Below, piece after piece: positions 25,861 through 38,830 of a DNA stretch of 64,000 nt. Origin of the DNA: Octopus sinensis (lineage: Eukaryota). The stretch is taken from contig NC_043000.1 in NCBI RefSeq assembly GCF_006345805.1, positions 41,292,001 to 41,356,000 on the forward strand, in the 5' to 3' direction. Made by a program: the position numbers and the translations under genes. Each line of letters begins with the position of its first letter. The first letter of the stretch is position 1. The notes under the pieces were generated by a model. It was not told the DNA's origin. It did not search any database and was given only the letters and a program-made list of their open reading frames with translations.

Positions 25861-27071
25861 GTTAGTGCAAAAATAATGTCCGATTTAAAGATCTAAGGTA
25901 AAAAGAATAAGCCAATGCCTATGGAAATATTATTTATTAACATACAGTCCATTGCTTTCAATGACCTCATTCTATTTTTCAATAACCTTATAATTGCCTC
26001 GCTTGTAAAATTCTGTAGATTAAGAACCAAAATATTAATCCAACCCATTTTCAATCTCTTCTCTTGTTGTTAACCTAAGTCCATCAAAATGGTTCTGTAG
26101 TCCTCGGAACAAATGGTAATCAGAAGGAGCAAGGTCAGGAGAATACGGAGGATGAGGCAGTATTTCCCAACCAAGTTCTTCCAAGCTGTGTGAGGACGAG
26201 CATTATCATGATGGAAGATGACACCCTTTCTGTTAACCAAGTATGCTCGCTTTTGTTTCAGAACTGCTTTCAAACGACGAAGTTGCTCACAGTAAAGATT
26301 AACATTAATTGTTTGGTTGTTGCCCAACAGTTCATAATGGATTATTCCTTTAATATCCCACCATACACTCAACATAATCTTCTTTGGATGAAGTCCTGCT
26401 CTCGGTTATTGAACTGGCCGTCCTCCTCGACTGATCCAAGAACAGCGGCGTTTAACATTATGCTAAAGAATCCACTTCTCATCACCTGTAACAAACCTGT
26501 CTATAAATGTTGCTTCAAAGTGTCGCGAAAGCAATGATTGACAACAAGCAGCACGCTGTTGTCGATTCTCTGGAGACAGCTCGCGAAGGACCCAATAATC
26601 CAGCCATTGAAAGCTTTCCAATGTGTTTTAGCTGGCGTACCACGGTTGTATGGGCCACGTTTAACTGTTCTGCAAGTTCCCTAGTGGTAACTGTAAGGTT
26701 CTCTGAAACAAGAGCTTCCAGCAGTTCGGAATCAAGTTTTTTTTGGACGACTTTCTTTTGGTTCTTCTTTCTTCTGAAATGGGAAAACCATCTCCTGCAA
26801 ATTCTTTCATTCACTACATCATCCCCATAAGTGCTCTGAATAGATCTTGCTGCTTTATGAAACTCGTAGAGTAAAACATTTCTTATGTGATCTTTAGATG
26901 GGATAAACATGGTGGTAAAGCTTTCTGAGAATTATGGCCAGAAGTTAGAAAGAAAATAGTACAAATTAAATACAGAGATATCTTAAAACAATAAGAAGAG
27001 GTTAAAAAATTGATAAATTCGCTTTGAAACATTTTTTCTAGAAATCGGACATTACTTTTGCACCAACCTGA
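25857..27071 (-). mobile_element. Full-length mariner (cecropia/Hsmar1-like), inactivated
   Basis: TIRs TCAGGTT(A/G)GTGCAAAA(A/G)TAATGTCCGATTT with TA duplications. Transposase pieces MFIPSKDHIRNVLLYEFH, MLSVWWDIKGIIHYELL, IFHHDNARPH; deletions and frameshifts. Confidence 0.94.
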
Positions 27072-27073
27072 TA

Positions 27074-27900
27074 ATGCCCTGCCCACACCAAGCTCTCCAT
27101 CGCCTACACCCAATTCCTCCATCTGCGCAGGCGCTCCAGTGACAACCATGACTTTGGGACTCAAGTCATGGCTAGCACTTCATCGTTCGTGGATATCCCC
27201 TCACCACTATCCACACCACCCTTGCCAGAGCACGTTCGGTGGAACGTGACTCTGCTCTCTCTCCTCGCACCCGTCCCGCCTTTGCCCATCTCCCGTTCTC
27301 TTCACCTACCGCCCTTCCACCTTGCCCATCCAGTTAATCATTCTCTGAGCATTCCGGCGACTCCAGTGCGGCCCCTCCACTTCGTACATCTTCTCCAATC
27401 TACCCTTTCCCTCCTTCAAACGAGCCCACAACCTACGTGACCTCCTGGTCCACAGTTTCTTCCATAACCCCACCTCCCAACCTGGCTCACTCCCCTGCGT
27501 CCGCCCACGCTACTGCACTTGCCCCTACCTCTCCAACACTACCATCCTCACAGGCACCTATCATCGTCCCTATCGTACCACTGACTCCTTTACCTGTACT
27601 TCTAGAAACGTCATTTACTGCATCTCTTGCTCTTTCTGCTCTTATCCGTACATCGGTCAAACGGGACGCCGCTTGGTTGACCGCTTCGCGGAGCACATCC
27701 GATATATTAGACTCGACAATGACATCTTGGTCTCGCACCATTTCCGCTCAACCGGTCATTCATTACAACACCTGTCTGTGTTTGGATTGTCTTTGTACAG
27801 GGGCCATCCGGACTCCCGCCTCCGCCATGAACAGAAATTAATCTTCTCTCTTCGCTCCTTTGCCCCACATGCGATTAACTCCTCTCCCCTCTTTGTCTGA
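27074..27900 (+). mobile_element. Penelope-like element fragment: RT thumb + GIY-YIG endonuclease
   Basis: HTKLSIAYTQFLHLRR, RGYP, FKRAHNLRDLLV, FTCTSRNVIYCISCSFCSYPYIGQTGRRLVDRFAEH, HEQKLIFSL. Confidence 0.9.
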
Positions 27901-28049
27901 CTCCCCTTCTCTCCTCTCTTCATCTGACACCTATTTCCTCTCTTCACTCCTACCTACCTTCTCCCTTCATTAATACTCCCTCCATCCACCCCACCCCATA
28001 CAATCCACTCCCACATACCCCATGCCTACCCACACCTCCACCCCAATTC

Positions 28050-29260
28050 CTCACCCCACATCTCACCCCAAGTCATTCCTGAATCTTCCAGATGCATATT
28101 GCAACATATCTTCTCCGCCTTCGTCCCAGGGAATAGTCTTTCCCAGCAGCTAATTTGCAGCATTAAGGCTCTCATTTTCCTGTAACTCCCCTGGAATGCT
28201 TCATATTTAATTTCACACATAGTTGTGAGCAATAATGGAGGAGGCTTAGAACAAAAGACCTCCCGAGGACCATCATAATTTCCTTCTCTCTCGTTCTGAC
28301 ATTTTTAAGAATCCATCCGGTCAGAAGCCTGTATTTCATTGACAACTTAGTAATATCTATATGGAAGGATGTCTCACTACTCGTGTCACTGCCCAGGTCA
28401 CGTACTGATTGTGATTCTGGAACTGCGACACCTTCAGCTTCAGTGTATTTTGTCTGCATAACTTCGTCTGTAGAGCTTCGAACTTTACAGCATTAAATTG
28501 CATGTTATTTTCATCAGACGACTTCTAAATTGCATCTAACTCTTGTTGTAGGTGCATGCCATCATCAAGGTTTTATATTACCTATGAGACATTTGTGCCA
28601 TCCGTATAACTTGTGAGGATGTCTTTCAGTGTGGATGAGGGCATATCTGAGACTGCCACTATGCACAGCTGTTTCAATTTAAGCAGCTCTTTCAACACCC
28701 AGTCATAGTGTTGTAAAAGCTGTACGAGGGAGCTTCTTCGTGTCGGAAACCAAACTGTCAGTCAGCAAATCATATTCTTACAGGAGCACGACTACTATCC
28801 TACGGACTACCTTTTCCATGACTTTGCTAATAAGCGAGCTTAAAGAGAGAGGCCTATAACTCTGGGCATCCGCTCTGCTACCTCCTTTACGAATAAGACA
28901 AATTATTGCTTCCTTCAGCTTGCCTCGACGCTTGGCACTTGCTAAGAAACTTTGGAAGAAAGATTGCAGGGGTTTTGCTAGGGCACCTTTACGCGATTTT
29001 AGAAGGATTGCTGGGAAACAGTCTGGGCCAGCAGTTTGAGTTCGGATTTAGCTTCTTTTATATCGATTTAATCAAGTTTAACTGCCTGCCTTTTTATATC
29101 TGTGATGGCAAAGAACTCTACAGGTTTGCTAACTGGCATGTGCTTAAGGGTAGGGTGACGCCAATTTTGAATTACTCATTCAGTATTTCCCTCACCTCCA
29201 TTGGGTTACCCGCGAGGGAGTCATTCTCTTGGAAAGAGAGGCCCTACTCCGCAACTCACT
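28050..29260 (-). mobile_element. CR1/Jockey-group LINE RT fragment, internally deleted
   Basis: AGPDCFPAILLK, YRPLSLSSLISKVMEK, QFGFR, VRDLG, GWILKNVRTRE, LLHYCSQL. Confidence 0.82.
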
Positions 29261-29368
29261 AAGACAGTTCTTTTGGTAAACTTAAAGATAGTTTTAGGAT
29301 TTGATTTTATAATTTCTATAACCAGGGTATAAACCTATATTTTCTATAACCAGCATATATATGGGTAT

Positions 29369-30312
29369 TGAAGACTGAGGGGTTCGAGTGTCCTGTCCAT
29401 GTTTGTTGTGTCGTCTTCTAAGAGTTATACGTTCTTGTCTATGTTGTATTTTTCTACATACCTTAACATATATTCCAGGCGCCCCGTACCCACCTTATCA
29501 TTAATGTGAGCACATATTCTTAATAATTGGTACGACTCTCTTTTTGTCTCCCTCTCTCTCTCATTTTTACTTGATCTGTCCCCCCTCTCTCTCTCTCTCT
29601 CTCTCTTCTCTCTACTCATCCTCTTTTTCTCTTCTCTTTACCCTCCTATTTCTTTGTCTCGCTCTGCACTCACAGGTCATTCTTCGACACCCATCCCTTC
29701 TCCTCTCTGATCCCTTCTTTCTCTCTCTTCTCTCTCTTTGTTGCGTTTTGTCCCTCGTCTCTCTCTCTCTTCCTTTGCTTCTCTTTCTTTTCTTTTCCCT
29801 CTTCTCTGTCACGTGACTGTTGGCCGAAATCTGCCTTTCAGCTCCTGACCCTCGTCGTGTTAACATCGTTGTTTTTCGTCCGCCGCTATAAAGGCTTCTT
29901 CCAATGCGCCAGAGAAAAAATTTGTTTGCTTGTTATCAGTCGTAAGACACTTGTTGTTTTCACCGTTAATGCTTCTGTATTTCATGTTTCTGTATTCCAT
30001 TATTGTTTTTTGTTTTTTTATATCTGTCCCTTTTGCTGTCCTGGTGTTCGTATGCATTCGATCCTTCTTCCAGGAAATCTACGCTTCCGGCTTAGTTTTT
30101 CTAATGCTCGTTGCTTAGTTTTTCTTGGAGGGCTGGCCGTGATCTAGTAATCTCAAGATTAATCAGCCGAAATTACTACGATGATCCGGTTCTTGACTGA
30201 AGACTGAGGGGTTCGAGTGTCCTGTCCATGTTTGTCCATGTTTGTCCATGTTTGTCCATGTTTGTTGTGTCGTCTTCTACGTTCTTGTCTATGTTGTATT
30301 TTTCTACATACC

Positions 30313-30316
<4 letters not shown>
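29369..30316 (+). mobile_element. Non-coding element with ~100-bp terminal direct repeats (829-bp period)
   Basis: 29369-29466 is repeated at 30198-30316. Interior has a CT-rich tract, GTCACGTGAC (29808) and GCTATAAAG (~29885); followed by (AT)n. Confidence 0.65.
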
Positions 30317-30398
<82 letters not shown>

Positions 30399-30399
30399 G

Positions 30400-30424
<25 letters not shown>

Positions 30425-30431
<7 letters not shown>

Positions 30432-31300
30432 CTAACTGAGGTACTCGGTAATAAATTACCGCTAATAAGATGTCTGTTTATAGCCATGGACATGTGCGAA
30501 AAATGGCAAAATTTTACGCTTTTTGACGTCACGACGGCTAGTGTGCAAAATGCTTAAATTCTGCTTGAGAAATAAAATGCTCTTACCTAATCAAAACCTG
30601 AAATGCTGGGGAATTGAAACAACGAATTGAAATAAGTTTTAGCAAATCAAAACAATTCGCATTGAAAGGCAGAATTAGGAAATGCTAAATAAATTACTGT
30701 TAATAAGATGTCTGCTGATAACCATGAAACATTTTTCGTCAAATTTCGGCATTTTTCAAAAAAATTAAAATCTATATTAATGGGTAGTGCTAATTTGACG
30801 GAAAAATGAGCAGAGTCACGTAGCGAACCCGTATTGTCGTCATTTTTGTGCATGTGCGTAAAATTTTACGATTTGGGGTAGATTTCGTCAAATTGATGTC
30901 ACGACGGCTATGCGCAAAATACCTAAATTTTGCTTGAGAAATTAAAATGCTCTTACCTAATCAAAACCTGAAACGCAGTGGAATTAAAACAACGAATTGA
31001 AATGATAAGTTTTAGCAGATCAAAACAATTCACATTGAAATGGAGAATTAGCGAATGCTAAATAAATTACCTTTGATAAGTTGTCTGTTTATATCTATAA
31101 AACATTTTTCGTCAAATTTCGGTATTTTTCGTCACACTGATGTTACGGTAGCTAGTGCAAAAATGCCGAAATTTTACGATTTTTGAAAAATCGATGCTGG
31201 TTAAAAATCGATCTTTTAAAAATTCCAAGTGCGTAAGTGACCGCATGGACATGAGCCCTCCACATGTGTCAAGTTTCATCAAGGTCTGTTGGATAGTTTC
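30425..31300 (+). repeat. ~370-bp tandem units (about 2.3 copies) with a Helentron-like terminal motif
   Basis: GTCACGACGGCTA at 30528 and 30898 with colinear homology; CAAGTTTCATCAAGG at ~31270. Confidence 0.7.
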
Positions 31301-31433
31301 TTGGCTTTCTTTCATCAGTCAAGTTCCAGAAGTCACGACCATTTCGGGCAGTTACACTTGAGATGGTTCGATCTGATTGCCCCAAAAAGTCTAAGCTAAG
31401 AGCATTAGACCCCTTTGTAAGAATGCAACAAAG

Positions 31434-31503
<70 letters not shown>

Positions 31504-31545
31504 ATATATTATGTATGTATGTATGTATGTATATATATATATATA

Positions 31546-31589
<44 letters not shown>

Positions 31590-31649
31590 TATGTGTTTTC
31601 TCTTTGTGTTTTCATGTTTGGATTAACTATATATATATATAATATATTT

Positions 31650-32048
31650 AGTCGATCAAAACGCCCCTCGTCCAATGGACGGTGCTGAGCTGTCAAACAT
31701 TTAAACCAAATTTTCTCAAAACATGTCCGACCGTCCTATAGGCCTCCCCTTTGAGAAACACTCATTTAACCTAAATTTGAGATACCAGCAACAGAAGAAA
31801 TAAAGATAGACTTTTTTCTATTCCAAAGAAAAACGATTTTATTCACACAAATATGCAACCGAAGAGTTTAAAATACCAGTAATCGATCACATTCTCACCT
31901 GGAATCGATTTTTGTGATTTTTTCAAGACTTACACACTCCCTGATACCGTCGGTATCTACATATCAAATTTGAGCGCAATCGGATGGAGGATGCCCGAGA
32001 TCCTAGAAGACACACACAGAGACAGACAGAACGGATTTTATATGAGAT
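31650..32048 (+). mobile_element. Helentron-associated (DINE/HINE-like) element
   Basis: CTACATATCAAATTTGAGCGCAATCGG...ACACACAGAGACAGACAGA...TTTTATATGAGAT 3' structure. Confidence 0.6.
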
Positions 32049-33034
32049 CACCCGAAATTGCGAAGATGATCCGGTTCTTGACTGAATATTAGAGGCTTCG
32101 AATGACCCGTCCGTTTTTTGTACCGTCTATTTGAATGTTTTGCGTTCTTGTCCCATTTTGTATTTTTATATATTTTATATATATATATATATACTTAAGC
32201 ATACATCCTACATTCACGACACACACATTCACACTTTCGCACACATTCGCACACACACACATTCACACACGCACACACACACACACACTCACACATACTC
32301 ACTCACACACACACATATACATAAAATTTCCTTCGTGCATTTAATCAACTATTTGCGAAAGGTATTATGGTGAAAGTATAAACGAAACGCATGAAATTAA
32401 AAAAAATATATATTGCCATGAATACAGCAAACTGCTGATTTAACGTAAATGGGAAGAAAATGGCGGATAAGAGAAGGGCAACAGGATTAAGCCGAATAGT
32501 AAGAAGACCAGGAAAGGAGTGAAGAAAAAGGAGAATAACAATAACCACCACAACAAAGCCTGTAGCTTTTAAGATGTTCTAGGTATAATCCAGTCCGTCT
32601 CTACATGTTGTCATTAACATACAGCTGCTGAAAGCGCCTTCAATTATTCGTCACGTGACTAGAAGACGCTTGCTTGATAGGTAATGTGTGTCTGTGAGTG
32701 CGTGCGTGTGGTTATGTGTGTGATAACGTGTGTGTGTGTTGGGGGGTGTATGTATGTATGTATGTATGTGTGTAATCGCATATATATGTATCCATACATA
32801 TAAGAATGTGTGCATGCTTTTGTGAACATGTTTATATATGTATACGTTTATGTATGTGTGTGTATAAACTACATGACATTTGTATACATACACATACGTA
32901 CATAATGCAAATATACATACATATATATATATACATATATATATATATTCGCAGATAATATATGAAAAGTGTGTGTATATATATACATACATAGATATGC
33001 ATACATATATCCACACATTTATACACATATTTTA

Positions 33035-33071
<37 letters not shown>

Positions 33072-33074
<3 letters not shown>

Positions 33075-33925
33075 GGTGCAGTGAATAAACTGTCATCTAA
33101 ATTACACAAAAATGAAAATAGCACGTACATCTCATTTTAGCAGATATATTTACCAAAATTACATAAAGTTATCTTGAAATTAGTAAAGAACAAATTTATT
33201 TAATAAAATCGGCATTCGCTTCAGCCACGGCCTCCAGACGACTTCGGAATCTCCTGCAACTCTTCTGGAAGCTCTTATTGTTTAAGTTGGTGAATGCTGG
33301 CATAATCCTTGCCTTCAGTTTATCTTTGGTGTTACAAGGAGTTTTGTTGGTCTCTCGCTCAACTGCGCCCCACATATAACAATCAAAGGTATTGCAATCT
33401 GGGGAGTTAGATGACCAGATGTTAGGGCTGATGTGGTCGCGGCAATTGTCTGACAGCCATGACTGGGTTCTTCTTTTCTGTGGCATGTACGGGGTCCCGT
33501 TGCCAGACACAGGGTCTTCCAGTAGCCATCCTCATGTTCCAGGGCAGCACTATCTCCTCCAAGCAGTTGATGTAGGCCTCCGTGTTGAGTCTGCGGCTCG
33601 GTGGGAAGATGAATGGAGGCATAACGTCGCCATCACTAGTGATTACTCCAAACACCACGATGTTGACTGGATGTTTGATTTTTATCACTCTCGGTACATG
33701 TCCTCAGATTGCACTGTCCTCAGATTGACACCCAAACACTCTGAAATGTTTATATTGGAGCTTCCGTCCCGAATGCCAAGCAGTGCAGCATGTCGTTTGC
33801 AAAGTTCTGGCTGAGTGAATTGCGTCATGGTGCTGTTTTTCTCACAGATGGCTCCCAAGTGAGCCTTCTACACTGTGTAGTCAACAAAATCAAAAACAAA
33901 CAATGCGCGTGCGCGAAATTAAAAT
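33072..33925 (-). mobile_element. maT / DD37D (Bmmar1-like) transposon relic, internally deleted, one TIR
   Basis: TA|CAGGGTGCAGTGAATAAACTG end; KHPVNIVVFGVITSDGDVMPPFIF, WSSNSPDCNTFDCY, FRSRLEAVAEANADFIK*. Confidence 0.85.
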
Positions 33926-33959
33926 TATAAAACAATTTACCCATTGAGTATCGCGAAAG

Positions 33960-34098
33960 ACCTCATTGGATTCCTAACCTTCCGAGGTCTTGTACAGGCA
34001 TTAGAAGAACTGAAGGCCTGCTGCAATAAATGCGTGAAACTGGAAGGGGAATATGTTGAATAAAATCATAATTAATAGATCCTCCTGTATTTTCTTTT
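33960..34098 (+). mobile_element. Mariner C-terminal fragment
   Basis: NKCVKLEGEYVE* followed by a TIR-like end ...CCCCGCCGTA. Confidence 0.55.
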
Positions 34099-34115
34099 AC
34101 CCAAGGTACCCCGCC

Positions 34116-34158
<43 letters not shown>

Positions 34159-34624
34159 AACTCATAAATTCGTGATAGTAAGTATAAAGCCTCTGCCGTA
34201 TATAAGCAGCTTTTTTGAGTCTATGCATACACACATACGCACGTACATACATATGTACATTCACACATGAAAATATATATGTATTCTTGCTTCTGTGTGT
34301 ATTTGTGTGAGTGTGTGTTTATATTCGTGTGTGTGCGTGTGTGTACTTGTGTATGTGTGTGTGTTTGCATTTGTGTGTGTGTGTGTGTGTGTTTGAATAT
34401 GGCTTGTCTTTTTCTAAGTTGTGCATAGTAGTCAAAGAATTTCCGGCATACGCGTATATTCACATCTTATTTTCTATCGTTATTTGCATGAGTTATTTCT
34501 GTTTTACAATTAACTACAGATATATATCGATACGATAAAGATTACTATAACTATAAGACATTGGTCCATAACTAAGGAGAGATATATACAAAAAACCCTT
34601 CCAGTATATCAACGGTTTCATAGT

Positions 34625-35096
34625 GGGGCTATATAGCAGTAGCATTCTTCCCTTTCCTGGGACTGCCATATTAAGTTGACAACAAACCATCACTTTATCG
34701 TGCTGATCCTGTATAAGTCTCTCTGGGAGATTTAGAAATGCAATATTTCTAATTTTGTAGGTCAGTGTAGTTATTTCACTTCAAATTCTATAAGGTTTCA
34801 AAGGCAAATAAGCATTGACTGCTTACAAGTCAAGCTACTCCAGACTGATAAAGAGCAATGACTCTGAAACTGGTCTGTGGATACTAGCTTTGATCGTGGA
34901 GTTGCTTATCTCCTCTGTTTGAAAACCTACGGACACAGAACGCTTATGTCACGTAGCCAACTGGAAACGATGTTTCCTGGGGCTAAATACTCTTCCCTGG
35001 GACTTCCACATTAAGTTGGCAACAAACCATGACTTTATCGTGCTGCAACTGTTTAAGACTCTCTTAGAGATTTAGAAATGCAATATTTCTGATTTT
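34625..35096 (+). mobile_element. Hammerhead-containing partial tandem (340-bp period, ~130-bp duplication)
   Basis: 34625-34756 is repeated at 34978-35096; hammerhead motif lies between them. Confidence 0.65.
34839..34881 (+). ncRNA. Type I hammerhead motif (G8 mutated)
   Basis: TCCAGA-CTGATAA-AGAG caatga CTCT-GAA-ACTGGT-C-TGTGGA. GUC site; stem I is 5/6 paired. Confidence 0.68.
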
Positions 35097-35510
35097 AATT
35101 CTCTTTAATTTTAAATAAAATTCAAATGAATATTCGGAGCAGATTTGAACGTCTTTATAAAATTCTTTTGTTTTAACATTATCTTAAATTCATATCAATC
35201 CTGCAGTTTATAAAAATTGGAATAATAAAAAAATTTTGAGAGCTTTAATTTGCTGCTCGTGAATTCACATGCAATCTGATAATGAATTTTCCTATTAACT
35301 AATATCTATTTCTTTAGAGTTCGGGAATCTGATGCAATCAATCAAATTATGCATTTAAATTCCATGAATGCATTTGTAAATAATTTTTGCGGTTTTTCGC
35401 CAGGTACTATCTTTGCAGTATAAAGGCTTTGTATGTCTGAATGTAATCGAAGTGTTAAATAAGACTTTACACGAATGAATTTTATTCAAGACTGCTCCGT
35501 GCGAGATGAT

Positions 35511-35574
<64 letters not shown>

Positions 35575-35924
35575 CACAAAAACCTAGTACTAGGGTCGGT
35601 TTTACTGAGAAAGAACGGAAGAAACTGATGCGGTTTCTCCAAATCCAATCGATAAGTGGGACAATAGGGATTTGTAAGACATCCCAAAAGTTCTTCATCT
35701 GAGATTTTTATATGAAAATATGCATACACTCAGGTGTAAGCACCAATATTTTAAACCAGCACAACAACTCAAGCACACATTTACAAACACCGGGAACTAT
35801 CGTAACTAAAATATACATGTATGTATGTATGTATGTATGTATGTATGTATGTATGTATGTATGTATGTATGTATGTATGTATGTATGTATGTATGTATGT
35901 ATTCTTTTATTCATTTACTTTTAC

Positions 35925-36285
35925 TTGTTTTAGTCATTTGAGTGCAGCCATGCTAGAGCAACACCTTTAGTCGAACAAATCTACCCCAGGACTTATTCTT
36001 TGTAAGCCTAGTACTTATTCTATCGGTCTCTTTTACTGAACTGATAAGTTACGGGGACGTAAACACACCAGCATCGGATGGGGGCACAAACAGAAACGTA
36101 CAAATACATACATACAAACACACATATATGACGGGCTTCTTTCAGAGTCTGTCCACCAAATCCACTCACGAGGCTTTATTCGGCCTGAGGCTTTAGTAGA
36201 AGACAGTTGCCCAAGGTGCCATGCAGTAGAACTGAACCCGGAACCATGTGGTTGGGAAGCAAGCTTCTTACCACTCCTGCGCTAT
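35925..36285 (-). mobile_element. SINE family B
   Basis: Reverse complement of the family consensus with internal (ATAC)/(CA). Confidence 0.88.
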
Positions 36286-36607
36286 ATGTATGTATTCACG
36301 AATTATAAACCATTTGTGGTTCTTCATTATTTTCTTCTTTTATTCCAATCTTAGCGACGGTTTATTATATGGTCAAATATAAGTGCTTTCACAACACATA
36401 TGCATGATTGAAAGTATCTATCTATATATATATAAATAATGTATATTCAAGGCTGAATTTCGAATCAACTTAAGTCGTTATTTCAAGTTCGTCTTTGTTG
36501 GGATTCAGGCGACTGAAAAATAGGAATAACGAGACACACTAATAGTACTCAGGACCTTTATTTTTACTTTTAATTGCATTTTAGTTCGGTGTAAAACCAC
36601 CACACAC

Positions 36608-36648
<41 letters not shown>

Positions 36649-36671
36649 CACATACGTACATACATACATGC

Positions 36672-36706
<35 letters not shown>

Positions 36707-36790
36707 TAGACAGAAAGGCAGATATGCGCAGGTACGCACGTACATATATACATACGCGAATTTAGGTATATATGCATGTATATATATATT

Positions 36791-36821
<31 letters not shown>

Positions 36822-36872
36822 GCACATAAATACATAAATGGACACATACGCATACACACACGCGCGCACACA

Positions 36873-36912
<40 letters not shown>

Positions 36913-37705
36913 CTGCATGTGTAGATGTATGTGTATATCAATTATACACATATATGTTATATATTATATATGCATTTATGTATGTAGTTATATATATATA
37001 TATGTGTATATATATGTATTTGCATATATGTGAGTGTGTTTATATCTATCTCTCTCTCTCTATATATATATATATATACAGTACATTTACAAAGATTTGT
37101 GTGTGTGTGTGCGTGCGTGTGTGTGTGCTAATGAAGCGAGAAAAAAAATGAAGGATAACTAGAAGAAACGGATGGAGGGCGACTGACAAATAATAAAGTG
37201 AGGTAAAAGGGGAGAGGAAGAGTAAATGGTTAGAATCCGACGAGAAAAGATTGAAATATGGGCGTGGCTACACACGCAGACACACACACATACATACACA
37301 CACACACACACACTCACAGAGGCACAGATACACACATTCATACACAGCCGCGCCCATACTCTCTTCTCTCTCTTTCTCCATCTTTCTGCATCGTAATTGT
37401 GTATAGCTTTAGGCGCTAATGGGTATATAAATGAATGTATGAGCTGGCATATATACACATATACATGCCAACGCACATAAACACATAAATGCAATAATAT
37501 TCCATGTATATTCTAAAGAAAGGTTAGAGGGAGTTCAGAAGACATTTGAAAGGGAGACTAGGTATGTCAAACGGTCTCGTAGACCCTGCGAAAGCTCTGC
37601 ATAGGCACAGCCCCTTTCTCCAGACAAACCCATTAAGAAACATTACAAAACAATAAAATTGTATATATAAAATTTATACAAAATATATATATATATATGA
37701 ATATA

Positions 37706-37780
<75 letters not shown>

Positions 37781-37903
37781 ATATATATATACATATATAA
37801 TATATATATATATATATATATAATATATATATATATAATATATATATATATATAAACTATGAAAGAGTTACAAAAAAGGAGATGAACTATAGAAAAAGAG
37901 GAC

Positions 37904-37935
<32 letters not shown>

Positions 37936-37938
37936 TAA

Positions 37939-37974
<36 letters not shown>

Positions 37975-38040
37975 GGAATGCGAGAAAGTTACAGCTAATA
38001 TATAGGTATATCATTGTCGTCGTCATCGTCATCATCACCA

Positions 38041-38099
<59 letters not shown>

Positions 38100-38272
38100 T
38101 TTTAACCTCCACTTTTTATGCTAGCATCCCCCCCTCTCTCTCTCTCTATCTATCTATATATATACATACAGATATGTGTGTATGCGTATGTATGTGTGTG
38201 TTGTGTATGTGTGTGTACGTGTATATGTGTGTGTTTGTATTTGTATGGTTATATGTCTGTGTGTATGCACGC

Positions 38273-38303
<31 letters not shown>

Positions 38304-38454
38304 CACACCACACACACACGCACGCACAACACACACGCACACACACATACACACAAACTCACACACACATACACACATGTCTACATATTCAGATCATTTT
38401 CATCTTTCTTTGTTTCCTCATACCTCTATTTAAAATACATAGTTTTATTTACTA

Positions 38455-38717
38455 TCTGTTATCATTCATTTGTTTTTGTCATAGACCGCAGCCATGCTGG
38501 AGCACTGGTATGAAATGTTTTTAGTCGAACAAACTGTTCCATTTTTTTTTTTTTGTAAGTCTAATACTTATTCTGTCAATCTCTTTTGCCGAACCGTTAC
38601 GTTACGGGGATGTAAAGAATCTAACACTGGTTGTCAAGAAGTGAGATGGCAGATATAAAAACTCTCCCTCTCTCTTTTTCTCCCCACCTCACACATATAC
38701 ATACATACATTACATAC

Positions 38718-38756
<39 letters not shown>

Positions 38757-38830
38757 TAGGGACGATCTCTTTCAGTTTCCGTCTGCCAAATCCACTTACG
38801 AGGCTTTGGGCAGACCGAGACTTCTTGCAG
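38455..38830 (-). mobile_element. SINE family B, 5'-truncated
   Basis: GCAGCCATGCTGGAGCAC...TTCAGTTTCCGTCTGCCAAATCCACTTACGAGGCTTTGG. Confidence 0.82.

Noticed and set aside
30190-30225. CTGAAGA...CGAG/CGAA motif in the 29369/32040/45131 family as a hammerhead
   Set aside because: It has GAAT/GAGT instead of GAAA and no stem I pairing. It is mentioned only as a feature of that element.
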